A stretch of DNA of 64,000 bases from a bacterium (GTDB lineage Bacteria; Hinthialibacterota; Hinthialibacteria; Hinthialibacterales; Hinthialibacteraceae), in the NCBI GenBank assembly GCA_963663405.2, contig CAXXSM010000092.1:96001-160000 (forward strand), in the 5' to 3' direction. Below are positions 42,024 to 53,615 of this stretch, one piece after another; positions within the stretch are counted from its first letter, which is position 1, and every line of letters starts with the position of its first letter. The notes beneath the pieces were generated by a model that was not told the DNA's origin, searched no databases, and worked only from the letters and a program-made list of their open reading frames with translations. The position numbers and the translations under genes are program-made.

Positions 42024-42261
42024 TCTTATCTCCTAGCCACTTTATCGAATACAAACGATGAGCAGAAATTACAATCCAGGCGCCTCGTTTTTGATAGCCT
42101 TATTACTACTCATATAGTATCAATAACATTTTAACGAAACTTTAATTTATAATTTATAGCCGATTTACTAAAAAATTGAAGCCCACAAAAACCAACACTT
42201 TTAACATTGGTAAATGCATATCACAAATCACTTAGATATAATTTTACAACTTGTCCAATTC

Positions 42262-42292
42262 TGACAATTTTGTCATATTGACAATTTTGTAA
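42262..42292. promoter_or_regulatory. Tandem palindromic operator-like sites upstream of the pilin-like gene
   Basis: TGACAATTTTGTCA (42262-42275) and TGACAATTTTGTAA (42279-42292), 17-bp period. Confidence 0.45.
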
Positions 42293-42471
42293 AAAGAAAT
42301 GAGTAAAAGTGAGAATTGATATACAATGAAAAAACGGTGATATAAACGATGGGTAGAAAACCTGTTAATTTTAATTACGGAAGTTATTAGGACGGGATAT
42401 GAGATATTGAGTCGCTTCACTACGCTCTAATTGAATGAAAACTAAGAATTACATTTCTCGAGCAACTTATT

Positions 42472-44331
42472 TTAAAACAATCGGTTTAACACTCCCACTT
42501 CGATATTGCTTGGATACGCTTCCGATCGATATACGCTGTTCGTCACGGGGATAAAATCATCTTCATCCGCTTCAAAAATATTTGGAACGAACTTCTGTGG
42601 ATTGCGATCGAAGAAGGGGAAATAAGTGCTTTGCACATGAACCATGATCCGGTGACCGCGCTTGAAGGTATGCAGCACATCCCATAACTCAAAAGAAACT
42701 TCGGTGATCTCGCCCGGTTGGAACGGTTTGGGATGCTCGTAACTCTCCCGGTACCGTCCCCGGAAACCTTCGAACCGCACGAGCGTATGCTGCGCCCCTT
42801 TTGAACCGAGATCATCCGGATACACATCGATTAGTTTCACAATCCAATCCGAATCGGTTCCGGTCGTTGAAACAAAAAGATTGGCTTTGATCGTTCCCGC
42901 CAGCGTGACGTCTTCTTCCAGAATTTCCGTCTGATACACCAACACATCCGGTCTCCGTGAGGCGAATCGCTGATCCTCCGCATAAAAAGTATTGTGGAGA
43001 AAACTCGAATTATCCCGCGTATGGGGCACCGGTTTTTCCGGATCGCTGACATACGAATCGCACGCGTCTTCCGTTTCTTCAGGCGGTTCGTAAGATAATC
43101 CGCTTTCTTTCTGGAAATAGAGTTTTGTCCGCTCTGCCGCCGCTGGGGGCCATTGATCAAATCGCCGCCACCGGTTGGCGCCGGTCTCGAACATAAACGC
43201 TTCGGGAAGGTTCAAATCACTTTCTTCTTCTTTCAGAAAATGTTTGAAGAACTGGAGATCGACATGATCTTGAAAATATTTCACCGTCGGGAATCCAAAA
43301 TTCGAGTCTCCTAACTCTTCTCCCGAATCCCGCACCCATCCGCCATGCCGCCAAGGCCCCATGACCAGGATGTTGAAAGTATCCGGATTCTGTTCCTCGA
43401 TGCATTGATAGGTCTTCAACGGACCATACAGGTCTTCCCTATCGTACCATCCCCCCACGACCATCACCGCCGCTTTGATATTTTTAAGATGAGGTAGGAT
43501 ATTGCGTTTTTGCCAGAATTCATCGTAATTGGGATGTTGGGTGACATTCGTCCATAATTTGGATTTCTTCTCAAAATACGATTTGTCCACATTCTTTAAC
43601 GGTCCGACATCCATGAAAAACTTATACGAATCCTGTGTTTCAATTTCGTAATACGGTTCCGGCCGTTCATCGATCAATCCATCACGGGTTTGATGCATCC
43701 AATTCAAAAAACTGAACCAGTGATTCAACATAAAAGCGCCATGATGGAACACATCATCCCAATAGAAATCAGAGACCGGCGCCTGGGGCGAAACTGCTTT
43801 CAACGCGGGGTGTGAATCAATCGCGCCGGAGGATGTATAAAAGCCTGGATACGAGATCCCCCACTGCCCTACCCTTCCGTTATGATTGGGCACATTCTCT
43901 AATAACCATTCTATCGTATCGTACGCGTCGGTGCTTTCATCGACATCCGTTTTACTTTTCTTATTCGCGACGTGAGGAGTCATGTGAACGAAGTCCCCTT
44001 CGGACATATACCGCCCCCGCACATCCTGATAGACAAAAATGAAGCCTTCTTTTTCAAACTCCTCATGCGGGCTGATTTCCCACCGGTATTGATCCACCCC
44101 ATAGGGACTCAGGCTGTAGGGTGTACGCAATATCAAGATCGGATATTTCTTCGAAACATCATTCGGCGTATAGATCGCCGTAAACAACTTCACCCCATCC
44201 CGCATTGGAATCCGGTGTTCGAATTTCGTATAATTCTCCCGGACATAATCTTGCCGCTCGCCAGCCGAAGCAAAACCAACCAACACCAGAAAGACTACAA
44301 AAACGCTTATGCAAATCGTACGATTCAACAT
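42472..44331 (-). CDS. CocE/NonD-family serine hydrolase (alpha-amino acid ester hydrolase-like), secreted
   Basis: IPMRDGVKL, RTPY, QDVRGRYMSEG, GISYPG nucleophile elbow and MGPWRHG motifs. Confidence 0.93.
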   Translation of the reverse strand: MLNRTICISVFVVFLVLVGFASAGERQDYVRENYTKFEHRIPMRDGVKLFTAIYTPNDVSKKYPILILRTPYSLSPYGVDQYRWEISPHEEFEKEGFIFVYQDVRGRYMSEGDFVHMTPHVANKKSKTDVDESTDAYDTIEWLLENVPNHNGRVGQWGISYPGFYTSSGAIDSHPALKAVSPQAPVSDFYWDDVFHHGAFMLNHWFSFLNWMHQTRDGLIDERPEPYYEIETQDSYKFFMDVGPLKNVDKSYFEKKSKLWTNVTQHPNYDEFWQKRNILPHLKNIKAAVMVVGGWYDREDLYGPLKTYQCIEEQNPDTFNILVMGPWRHGGWVRDSGEELGDSNFGFPTVKYFQDHVDLQFFKHFLKEEESDLNLPEAFMFETGANRWRRFDQWPPAAAERTKLYFQKESGLSYEPPEETEDACDSYVSDPEKPVPHTRDNSSFLHNTFYAEDQRFASRRPDVLVYQTEILEEDVTLAGTIKANLFVSTTGTDSDWIVKLIDVYPDDLGSKGAQHTLVRFEGFRGRYRESYEHPKPFQPGEITEVSFELWDVLHTFKRGHRIMVHVQSTYFPFFDRNPQKFVPNIFEADEDDFIPVTNSVYRSEAYPSNIEVGVLNRLF

Positions 44332-44383
44332 GTCTTCCTCCTCATTGATTTTATTATGAAATAAAACAATTCACTTCCTAATA

Positions 44384-45541
44384 TCACCAACCTTCGAAAT
44401 ATCGCCCGAAATAACTGAGTATTGTCATAGCTAATAGAAACACGCCAATAAGAGAATGAAATCCAGAAACAGTACGAGTCCATCCATAAGCTTCGAAATC
44501 AATTTTCCATGGCAAAAGTAACCGGAACCAACGGCCAAAATCAAGATCTTTAAAACTTATATTGAATGTACAAAGAAGACTAAAGAAAAGAGATTGAAAA
44601 AATAAAATCTTAAGATTACTACTTAAGGGTAATTTAGAGCGAATTGGTACCTCTTTATCATTTTTATATTCAATAATGATTCCACTTTTAAAAGGGAGAA
44701 GTATCATTATCCAATATATTATACTAAATATAACCATGTTCACGCATAACAATATTAACGGCCACCAATAATTAGAGCCGTATTCACAGGTTGCATCAAA
44801 TAACAAATATTCCACACAACCCATAAACCATCCACTATTATATTTTCGATAACATCGCTTAAATGCAGTATTAACAAGTTTGGATTGCTGATAGAAACCA
44901 CTATCATAAAGTTCTTTGCTTAAACGAATCAATCCAGAGGGATCATTCTTATAAATCATCCCTCCAAGACCATAAGAATATGCAATATTCGCTGGTTCGG
45001 GATTAGTAAGGGGTTCAAAGAGGACAGCATTAAGATTTGTATTTTTGAATTCTGCCCTATTAAGTATTGTTCCATCAAAAGTACTGCCACATAAGTTTGT
45101 ATTTACAAATAACAATACAATTTTTTCTTCTACTATACTATTTCCAAAATCCGAATTATCAAACGCGCAACCACGAAGGTCTTTATCACTAATGATAATA
45201 GGATGCATAGCACCCTTATTTCGAAAATCAGCTCTGTCCGGATCGATTTTTAGTTCATCTGGTATGTTATTATTAACAAAATAGAAATTGATATCTTCAA
45301 CACCATTTTTCTCGGCATAATCTGAAAGTTTTTTTAACCAGTTCTGATGTTTATTAATTATATTTTCTACTTCATTATTAGATATAGAGAAGTAGGCAAA
45401 GGAGCAAGGAATGAAAAATGTGAAAGAGAATTGTAAAAAACAAATATATAAAATCACAAATTTTATTTGTACAATGTTACATATTAAAAAACACATTCTA
45501 TTAACAATTCCGTTATTTTTCTCCATGATCTCTTGCTCCAA
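44384..45541 (-). CDS. AT-rich membrane protein with pentapeptide-like repeats and a C-terminal ion-channel-like segment; start uncertain
   Basis: DLRGCAFDNSDF...TNLCGSTFDGTILNRAEFKNTNL repeats; CEYGSNYW...TM; FFSLLCTF...; visibly lower GC than its neighbours. Confidence 0.65.
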   Translation of the reverse strand: MEQEIMEKNNGIVNRMCFLICNIVQIKFVILYICFLQFSFTFFIPCSFAYFSISNNEVENIINKHQNWLKKLSDYAEKNGVEDINFYFVNNNIPDELKIDPDRADFRNKGAMHPIIISDKDLRGCAFDNSDFGNSIVEEKIVLLFVNTNLCGSTFDGTILNRAEFKNTNLNAVLFEPLTNPEPANIAYSYGLGGMIYKNDPSGLIRLSKELYDSGFYQQSKLVNTAFKRCYRKYNSGWFMGCVEYLLFDATCEYGSNYWWPLILLCVNMVIFSIIYWIMILLPFKSGIIIEYKNDKEVPIRSKLPLSSNLKILFFQSLFFSLLCTFNISFKDLDFGRWFRLLLPWKIDFEAYGWTRTVSGFHSLIGVFLLAMTILSYFGRYFEGW

Positions 45542-45559
45542 ATTACATAATGTAATCCC

Positions 45560-46672
45560 TTACGCCAATCCCCGCTTCGCAAGTTCCTTCGCGGCCTCAT
45601 CGAATTTGTCTTCAGCGGTAGTCGTGTGAGACCACTCTACTAAATCTTTCATGCCATCCAAAAGCGATACTGATGGCTCGTATCCAAGAGCGGCTTTGAT
45701 TTTCGTGAGATCCGCGTAGCAATGGCGGGTGTCGCCTTTGCGATACTTAAGGGTAATTTCCGGCTCCAGCGGGGAGTCATACACTTTGGCGAGGGCTCGC
45801 GCCACTTCATCGATTGATGTCGCCAACCCCGTTCCCACATTGAACACCTTGTAATTTGCTTCATCCTTCTCCATCGTGAGGATATTCGCCTGTACAATAT
45901 CTTTCACGGAAATGAAATCGCGCGTCTGCAATCCATCTTCATACACGACGGGCGGATTCCCATTCGCCACGCGGCTCATGAAGATCGCAAGCACGCCCGT
46001 GTAAGGATTGGACAGCGATTGGCGCGGACCATAGACGTTGAAATACCGCAGCGCCACGGAAGGGATGTCATACGTCTGTCCGATACTTAGAACCATATCC
46101 TCCTGATCCCGCTTCCCGATCGCGTAAATCGCCCGGCAGTCCATCGGCGTGGTTTCCGGGGTTGGAACCGGTTTCATCACGGCGCCGCATTGGGGGCACT
46201 CGTGCTCCCAGCGATGATCCGCCAACTGCTCTTCCCCACGGAAATCCGGTTTGACGGCGCCATGCTCTGGACACGCGCAGCAGCCCTCGCCGTAGCTGGA
46301 CTGCGACGCGGCGACAACGACCTTCTGGACGGAATGTTTCGTATTGACCAGCAGATCCAACAGATTCGCCGTGCCGCCGGTATTGACGTCCACATAATGT
46401 TTGATCATATATTGTGACTGCCCCATCCCCACAGCGGCGGCTTCATGAAAGACAACTTCCTGGCCGTTCAACGCTTTCCCCAGCGCGTCGATATCCCGCA
46501 CGTCGCCTTGGATGAATTCCGCTTCTGGATTCAGGTATTCCGGTTTTTCCCCATTCGGATGAACCTGCGGATCAAGGCTGTCAAAAATACGAACCGAATG
46601 CCCGCGCTGAATCAATTCATCGACAAGATGCGAACCAATAAATCCCGCGCCGCCTGTGACTAGAATCTTCAT
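45560..46672 (-). CDS. NAD-dependent epimerase/dehydratase (extended SDR)
   Basis: MKILVTGGAGFIGSHL, YAIGK (YxxxK) and RYFNVYGPRQ motifs; CPEH/CPQC insert. Confidence 0.93.
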   Translation of the reverse strand: MKILVTGGAGFIGSHLVDELIQRGHSVRIFDSLDPQVHPNGEKPEYLNPEAEFIQGDVRDIDALGKALNGQEVVFHEAAAVGMGQSQYMIKHYVDVNTGGTANLLDLLVNTKHSVQKVVVAASQSSYGEGCCACPEHGAVKPDFRGEEQLADHRWEHECPQCGAVMKPVPTPETTPMDCRAIYAIGKRDQEDMVLSIGQTYDIPSVALRYFNVYGPRQSLSNPYTGVLAIFMSRVANGNPPVVYEDGLQTRDFISVKDIVQANILTMEKDEANYKVFNVGTGLATSIDEVARALAKVYDSPLEPEITLKYRKGDTRHCYADLTKIKAALGYEPSVSLLDGMKDLVEWSHTTTAEDKFDEAAKELAKRGLA

Positions 46673-46864
46673 GGTATTTCCTTTTCTTTTCCTGTTTTCC
46701 TCTTGCCTGGATAGATATAATGTTACAGATTTATAAAGTAGGATGGGCTGAAAATTAATCACGCCCAGTATTCCTTCTTTAGAATGTACAACGTTTGGAT
46801 ACGCGCGCAAAGTAGAATAAACTGGGAATCCGTTGCGTATTCGATCCGATGTAAGGACAAAACG

Positions 46865-49015
46865 ATGAAAGTGGCCATTGTCTACAACCGGGATAGCAAC
46901 CGGGTCATCAACCTCTTTGGGATTCCAAACCGGGAAAAATATGGAATGAAATCGATCCGGCGAATCACGGATGCGCTTAGAAAAGGTGGACATCAGGTTA
47001 AATCGTTTGAAGGGGATAAAGACCTGGTCGATAATCTGGAGCATTTTATGCCGCGTGTGATGAAAGGGGAATTACCCGGCATGGTGTTCAATATATCATA
47101 CGGCATTCAAGGACAGGCCCGGTATACACACGTCCCATCGATCCTGGAGATGGTCGGGATTCCCTACGTTGGTTCCGGACCGCTCGCGCATTCTCTCGCG
47201 TTGGATAAAGTCGTAGCGAAAATGCTATTTCAACAGCACGGCTTGCCCACTCCTGAATACACGGTGTTGGATTCCCCAGACTTCTCGATTCCAGATCTTC
47301 AATATCCACTGATTGTAAAACCGAAAAATGAGGCTGTCTCGTTCGGCATTCAAATCGTCAATTCAGACGATGAACTGCACGACGCCGCGTTGATTATCTT
47401 TGATAAATTTCAACAACCGGTGTTAGTGGAACGATACATTGAAGGACGCGAAATCAACGTCGGAATCCTCGGCAACGGGAATCCAGAAATCTTCGCGCCG
47501 GTCGAACTGATCTTTGGTGAAGGCGGTCCGAATATCTATACAATGGAAGATAAAAAACGGATTTCTGGCCGGGAGGTCGGTTATCAATGTCCCGCGCCAA
47601 TTAGCCAAGATATCGCTGCGAAAGCGCAAGAGATCTCGCTGCAAGCCTTTAAAGCCCTGGGCTGTTATGACTGCGCCCGGATTGACATGCGTTTGGATGC
47701 GGAGGGTAATTTATACATCCTTGAAATCAACAGTCTGCCCAGCCTGGGCGAACACGGCTCTTACCTGGTTGGCGCGGAACAGGCGGGCTTGAATTTCAAA
47801 GCTGTGGTGAACCGGTTGGTCGAAGTCGCCAACGCGCGATATTTCGGCTCTCCCGAACCGCCTCCCTTAACCCGGCGGAAAGAAAAATTAGATTCCGCTA
47901 TTTTCTCGTTTATCACACAGCGGCGAGACCGGATTGAAGACCGCCTGGCCCGCTGGATTCGGTTCAACAGCCGGACGGAAAATCTCGTAGGTATCCGAAA
48001 CGCTCAACGTGAAATGAACTCGGTTTTTATCGATGTAAAAATGAAACTGGTTGAGGATCTCTCTGATGATCCCATCGTATGGACATGGGAAACCAACGCG
48101 GGATTGAATGGAGGAACACTCATCATCGCCCATCTGGACGTTCCATTAAAAGCGATTGAACCGATTCAACCCTTCCGGCGCGATCCCGAATTACTCTTCG
48201 GAGAAGGGATTGGCTCCTCACGAGGCCCGTTGGTTGAAATTGAATTCGCTCTCCGGGCGCTGCAGTTTGCCCGGTCCTTGACCAAGCGGCGTTTAGGCGT
48301 TCTGTTATACAGTGACGAAGGGTTGGAATGCCGCTATAGTTCCGATCTGATTGACAACGCGATCCGGCGCGCTACGCGGGTGATTGTGATTCGCCCAATC
48401 ATCCAAGAGGATTCGATCATCGTCGAACGCCGGGGACAGCGGCTCTATCATTTCGTCGTCGAGGGCAAAGGACGACGGATCGATAAAAATGTTAAAAAGG
48501 ATGACGCGTTCCGTTGGGGAAGCGCGAAACTGGCGGCGTTTTCCAATTTGAGTCTCAGCGAAAAACGATTATCCATCGCCGCCGTGGACGTTCATACGCA
48601 ATCGTTCCCCATGCAATTGCCCCACCGCTTGGAGGCGTCCGTCATCATGAATTATATCCGGCGTCAAAACGCGGATGACGCCGAAAAAAAGATGCGGGCG
48701 ATTCTCCAGCAAAGAGAATTCAACGCCGAACTTGAACTTGTGTCAGACCGGCCACCGATGATTAATACCCGCTTGGTTTCAAAAATGGCCAAAGATATCC
48801 TCCAATTGGCGGAATCGTGGGATATCCCCCTAACGGAGCAATCATCGGCTGTTCCCTCCGTCGCTGGAATGGCGCCCTCATCTATACCTGTCATGTGTGG
48901 TATGGGGCCGATTTGTAACAACCTGTATACTCCCAATGAATCCATAAGCCGGATCAGCCTGTTGCAGCGCACGTTGCTATTAGCGCAGTATCTGGCGGTA
49001 AAAAGAGTAAAATAT
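46865..49015 (+). CDS. D-Ala-D-Ala-ligase-like ATP-grasp domain fused to an M20-family peptidase-like domain; 3' end uncertain
   Basis: ATP-grasp motifs PYVGSG...LDKVVAK, IVKP, VERYIEGRE, ARIDMR and LEINSLP, then M20-like IAHLDV, GEGIG, SDEG and GMGP. As written, the ORF reads into the GGT start. Confidence 0.85.
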
Positions 49016-50627
49016 ATGACAGATAACGGCTTTTTACAGACAGCGGAATACCTCGATACACCTCACGAAGAAATGTATCCACAAAAAATCGCTGTTTCTT
49101 ACCCGCGGGATGGTTACGACGGCGCACCCTTGCGCGACGGAAATCGGCTGCGCTGTTCTTGAAGAAGGGGGGAACGCGATCGACGCCGCGGTCGCAGCCG
49201 CGTTCGCCTTAGGAGTATGCGAACCGCAAGCGTCCGGTCTGGGTGGCCAGACCATGATGCTGATCCACACAAAAGATCCCAAACGAACATTCGCCTTGGA
49301 TGGCTCATCAAGAGCGCCGAACCGGGCGGCCCCTGGCATGATCCCCCAAAAAGAACGCAACCGCGGCCATCGCGCGACCACCGTGCCAAGCACACCCGCC
49401 GTCCTAGAATACGCGCGAAAAACCTACGGAATCCTTCCTTTGGAGAAGATCCTCGAACCGGTCATTGAGTTAGCGCAAAAAGGATATCCTATTACTGACT
49501 TGCAAAACCGGTTGTTACAACGAGAATTGAAATATATGGCGGCCCGTTCCGCCGGATCTTTTTTTCTTACCGATTCTCAAGCGGCCTACCAACCAGGAGA
49601 CATATTTCAACAACCTGTCCTCGCCGAGACATATACACAGTTAAAGAAAAAAGGGATTGAAGATTTCTACATGGGTGAAATCGCCCAGATCATTCATAAT
49701 GATATGGAAAAAAATGGAGGTTTAATCCACCTGGACGATCTCGCCCAAATCCCCTGGCCCATTGAAAGACGCCCAGTTAGTGTCCGCTATGAAGGAAAGC
49801 GTTTTAATCACATTCCCTCCCCCTGGCTCAGGCCGGACATTGATCGAAATGATCAATCTTTTCATGTCCATTCCTGAAAAGGAACGCAATTTTGACACGC
49901 CCAGAGGGGCGTTCTTCTTAGCGGAAGTCATCCGCCGCGCCTTCCTTGACCGCCGGGACCGCCCCTTTGATCCCAGTTTCTATCCCCAAGTCGACGATCG
50001 AAAAATGCTAAGCGAAGAATATACACGGCTCGTCGCAAAACAGATTCGAAGACGAATCCGGACACATGGCGATACAACGCATCTCTCTGTCATGGACAAA
50101 GCGGGTAATGTTGTGGCGCTGACGCAATCCATTGAAAAAGTGTATGGCTCATTCGAAGTGGCGCCGGAACTGGGCTTTTTATATAATAACTACATGAGCG
50201 CGTTCGAATATACGGATATCTCGCATCCCTATTACCTCCGTCCCAACGCGGTTCCCTGGGCCAGTGTCGCGCCGACGATTATATTTCAGGGAAGACGGCC
50301 TTGGCTGGCGATCGGCTCACCTGGCAGCGATCGAATCACCTCTTCCATCCTGCAAGTATTAATGCGCCTGGATAAGCAATACCCCCACTTGACGCCGTGA
50401 CCGCGCCCCGGCTGCATTGTTCCCTGCAAGGAACCGTCCATCTGGAAGCCTCCCGGATGCGAGATGATATCCCACGTTTTTTAAGCCGGCATGGATTTGA
50501 TATTAAAATACGAGAACCGTTTTCCTTCTATTTAGGCTGTATTCAACTGGTGATGCAGGATCGGAGAGAATTCATCGGCGTAGCGGATCAACGCCGGGAT
50601 GGATCGGCCAAGGGGCCGCAAAAATGA
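49016..50627 (+). CDS. ggt: Gamma-glutamyltransferase (Ntn-hydrolase), apparent frameshifts near 49100, 49800 and 50380
   Basis: GGNAIDAAVAAAFALGVCEP...SGLGG, PPPGSG, catalytic DTTHLSV, GFLYNN, GSPGS, APRLH and ADQRRDG motifs across abutting frames. Confidence 0.88.
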
Positions 50628-51340
50628 AACTTCCCTTCCTAATCTCCGTCCCTCACGCCGGTTTGGAGATTCCTCCAGAGGCGCAATCCTATTGTACACT
50701 GACCCATGAAGACATCATCAAAGACGGAGACGAACACGCCGCGGATATTTATTCCATCCAAGAAGAAGTTGATCATTATGTCACTACGCATATTGCGCGG
50801 GCCATTGTCGATCTGAACCGGCGCACTGATGACCGGCGTCCCGATGGAGTCATCAAAACACATACATGCTGGAATGTGCCCGTTTACCATCCACCACTGC
50901 CAGATCCCATCGCCGATCAATTGTTAGAAAACTACTACCATCCCTACCATCAGAAACTAACAAAGAAAAGTAAGGATGCAATACTAGGAATTGACTGTCA
51001 CACGATGGCGGCGTATGGGCCACCAATAGGCCCCGGTGAAAATCTAAAACGCCCAGCAATCTGTTTAAGCGATGGGAATGGTTTAACCCTTCCCAAAGGC
51101 TGGATCAAACATTTCGCAACGTTTTTTGAAGAAACGTTTGGTTTTAAAACCGCTGTCAACGATCCATTCAAGGGTGGGTATATTATACAAAGTCATTACC
51201 AAGAGATTCCCTGGCTTCAATTAGAAATCCGCCGCGATTTCTTCCTATCAAATGCAATAAAAAAAGAAAAAATCATCCAAGCGTTCAGAAAAATATTTAC
51301 ATTCATCCAAGAAACATCAACATCAAGTCGGGAGGATTAA
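50624..51340 (+). CDS. N-formylglutamate amidohydrolase family protein
   Basis: ISVPHAG, RAIVDLNR, YYHPYH, IDCHTM, NDPFKGGYI and QLEI motifs; ATGA overlap with ggt. Confidence 0.9.
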   Translation: MKLPFLISVPHAGLEIPPEAQSYCTLTHEDIIKDGDEHAADIYSIQEEVDHYVTTHIARAIVDLNRRTDDRRPDGVIKTHTCWNVPVYHPPLPDPIADQLLENYYHPYHQKLTKKSKDAILGIDCHTMAAYGPPIGPGENLKRPAICLSDGNGLTLPKGWIKHFATFFEETFGFKTAVNDPFKGGYIIQSHYQEIPWLQLEIRRDFFLSNAIKKEKIIQAFRKIFTFIQETSTSSRED

Positions 51341-51430
51341 AACTACCAGATGGGCGCCCAGGGGAAGGCTTTATCCTCCCCTGGCATACTTCCAACATAC
51401 CATCACGTTCATTCAATTTCCTCTAATACC

Positions 51431-53615
51431 CTACCCACGCTTCCTACCGAGAAATTTACATTTCTTCCCCCCGCCTATTCCTTTCAAATTCACTGTACAT
51501 TTGGTTTTAAGAAATCTTTTCCCCCGCGCTGTTTTCAATCGAGGAACTCGTTTGCATGAAAGAAATGCCCTTGATTTCGCGCGCAGCCTCTTTTTAGCCT
51601 TCGGGCGAGTTACGTACGCCGCTAAGGATTCAGATTCGATATCCGTATCATCCTCTTCAGCGCCTTCAAATTCCACAAATCCATGTTTCTCTAAAAATGT
51701 AAACCACGCGGGGATACATTCGCGGTAACGTTCGATATCCAGCCGCGTTAACTGTTCAATCTCACCCACTGTGCGCTGACCATCCACCAGCCACCAAGAA
51801 AGAATAAACGGCAGGTTGCTATACGGAGCCGTTTTCACAGGCGACCCCCAATTCTCATACGGGATCGAATCAAGCGTAATCGTGCAGAGCGATGTCCCAT
51901 CCGGCAGGGGCACTCTCTCGTCAGCGGGCGCAGGCCGTTCCAACTCATCCCACTCCGGCGATGCCCCCAACTGTTCCGCGCGCGCGTCCAGGTGAGACCG
52001 GATCAAATTCAACGCTGACTCAACCGCATCTTCGAGCGCGCCATACAGTTCATGGACGCAGTCCCATTCCGGTTTCACGGCGATATTCTCTTCCAGCGTC
52101 TCCAGCGTCCGCAGCGTTTGACCTTCCGCCTGCATACGCAGTGAAAGCCGCTGCGCCGCGTCCTGTTTGATCTCCTTTAATTCTGTCGTGGATTGCGTCG
52201 AATCGATCCGTTCCATATATTGCGCAATCTCAGACTGGATCGATTCTTGCGCAAGTTGGTAGTTCCATAAGGCGGTTTGCGGCAGGCTTTGCGTGTCCAG
52301 CGAAGCGATTGTGTAAAGTGTCGAAGCGGCCGCCACCGTCAGATCAATCAGGGAACGGCGGTCCACAATTTCCGGCGTATCAAGGCTTGTGTAACGTACC
52401 TCATCGGGTGTGCCGCCGGTCAGCCACTGTGTAGGAATACCGATCGCGGGATCGTTGAAGAAGAGATCCGCCGCGAGCGAGAACGGCCGTCTTTCAAGAT
52501 GCCGCTGAGGACGAAATCGGGCGAGCAACCGTTGGCAAATATGCCAGCCGACTCCATCTGAGAAATGGCGCGCGCACACGGGCGCGGTCCGGTAACTCCA
52601 TCGCGACCAAGAATAATCGGGATTCCCTGCGCCGGTTTCAACACAGAGGAGCGAACAGGTTCCGATCCAGAATCGATTTCCGTTCGTGCGCGAAGCCGAT
52701 GGAGCCATACGTTTTCGGAGCCAATAGAAATCGGATTCCAAAACGAGGACGCGGCAGCCGTCCACTATCAAACAGATCCTTCAAAACACGAGCGGTTTCC
52801 AACGCCACTGCGGCGGCGGCGGCGTTGTAGTTCGCGCCAGGGCCATACAACGGCGCGATCAACATCACCTCGCGTTCGGGTATCTGTCCGGGGATTACAC
52901 TATGAATAAGCGGCAGCGTGCCCGGTTTCAACTCCGCTTTGATCTTTACGCGAATCCGGACATTCTGTTCCGCCGCCATTTGTATGAGTTCATTCCCAAT
53001 CTCAGGAGAAACCGCCAGAGCGATTAAGGGCTTTTCATCCTTCTTCGTTCCCCAACCGCCGGGATTATTTGAATTGTTGTGAATCCATTTGCGTTGCGGA
53101 TGCGTTGGAAGGATTGGGGAGCCAACCACTAAGCACGCCCAGCGCGCCCCGGTTAGACGCCACCCGCCGGATCGCCGGAAAGCGTTCCGGGCGTGTAGAC
53201 GAATTTTCCTTCTACGTCCATCCGCTCCAGATCGCCCGTTCCCAAGATAACCAGATCACCTTCCAATCCTTCCGGCGGTGTGCCTGGAGACCACATTCCC
53301 ACAAGATTCGGCGTATCGCTCCACTGACTGAGGACTTTCGATTCCGGTTCGATTAATTCAAGCGACCCGTCTTCACAATCCCAGGCAAGCGGCATTACCA
53401 TGTCACCGTAAGTAGTCTCTCCATCCGCCTTGAAATCTAGCCGCTCCACCTCCAATCCATAATCCCGCAACTGCTCGAAGACGTAATCCGCATTCAATCC
53501 ATACTGATGAAAACTCGAAAGCCGGTTATTCTCCCAAATACGATTGAGATGTTCCTGAATCCGGACGGCGTCAATCGGTTCTACAACCGTTGAAAGAAGG
53601 GTGTCCTATATTCAC
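51431..53615 (-). CDS. DUF4910/M28-like aminopeptidase-fold protein with PA-like insert; several apparent frameshifts
   Basis: Abutting ORFs 53153..53497, 52638..53129 and 51431..52771. Motifs PLAWD, PGANYNAAA (degenerate), RFGIRFL, FNDPAIGIP and YTSLDT. Probable GTG start overlapping the dnaG stop. Confidence 0.65.

Noticed and set aside
46673-47044. Long N-terminal extension of the epimerase ORF overlapping the ATP-grasp gene
   Set aside because: The true start is at MKILVTGGAG (46672) with an upstream purine-rich RBS; the extension is antisense to the divergent gene.
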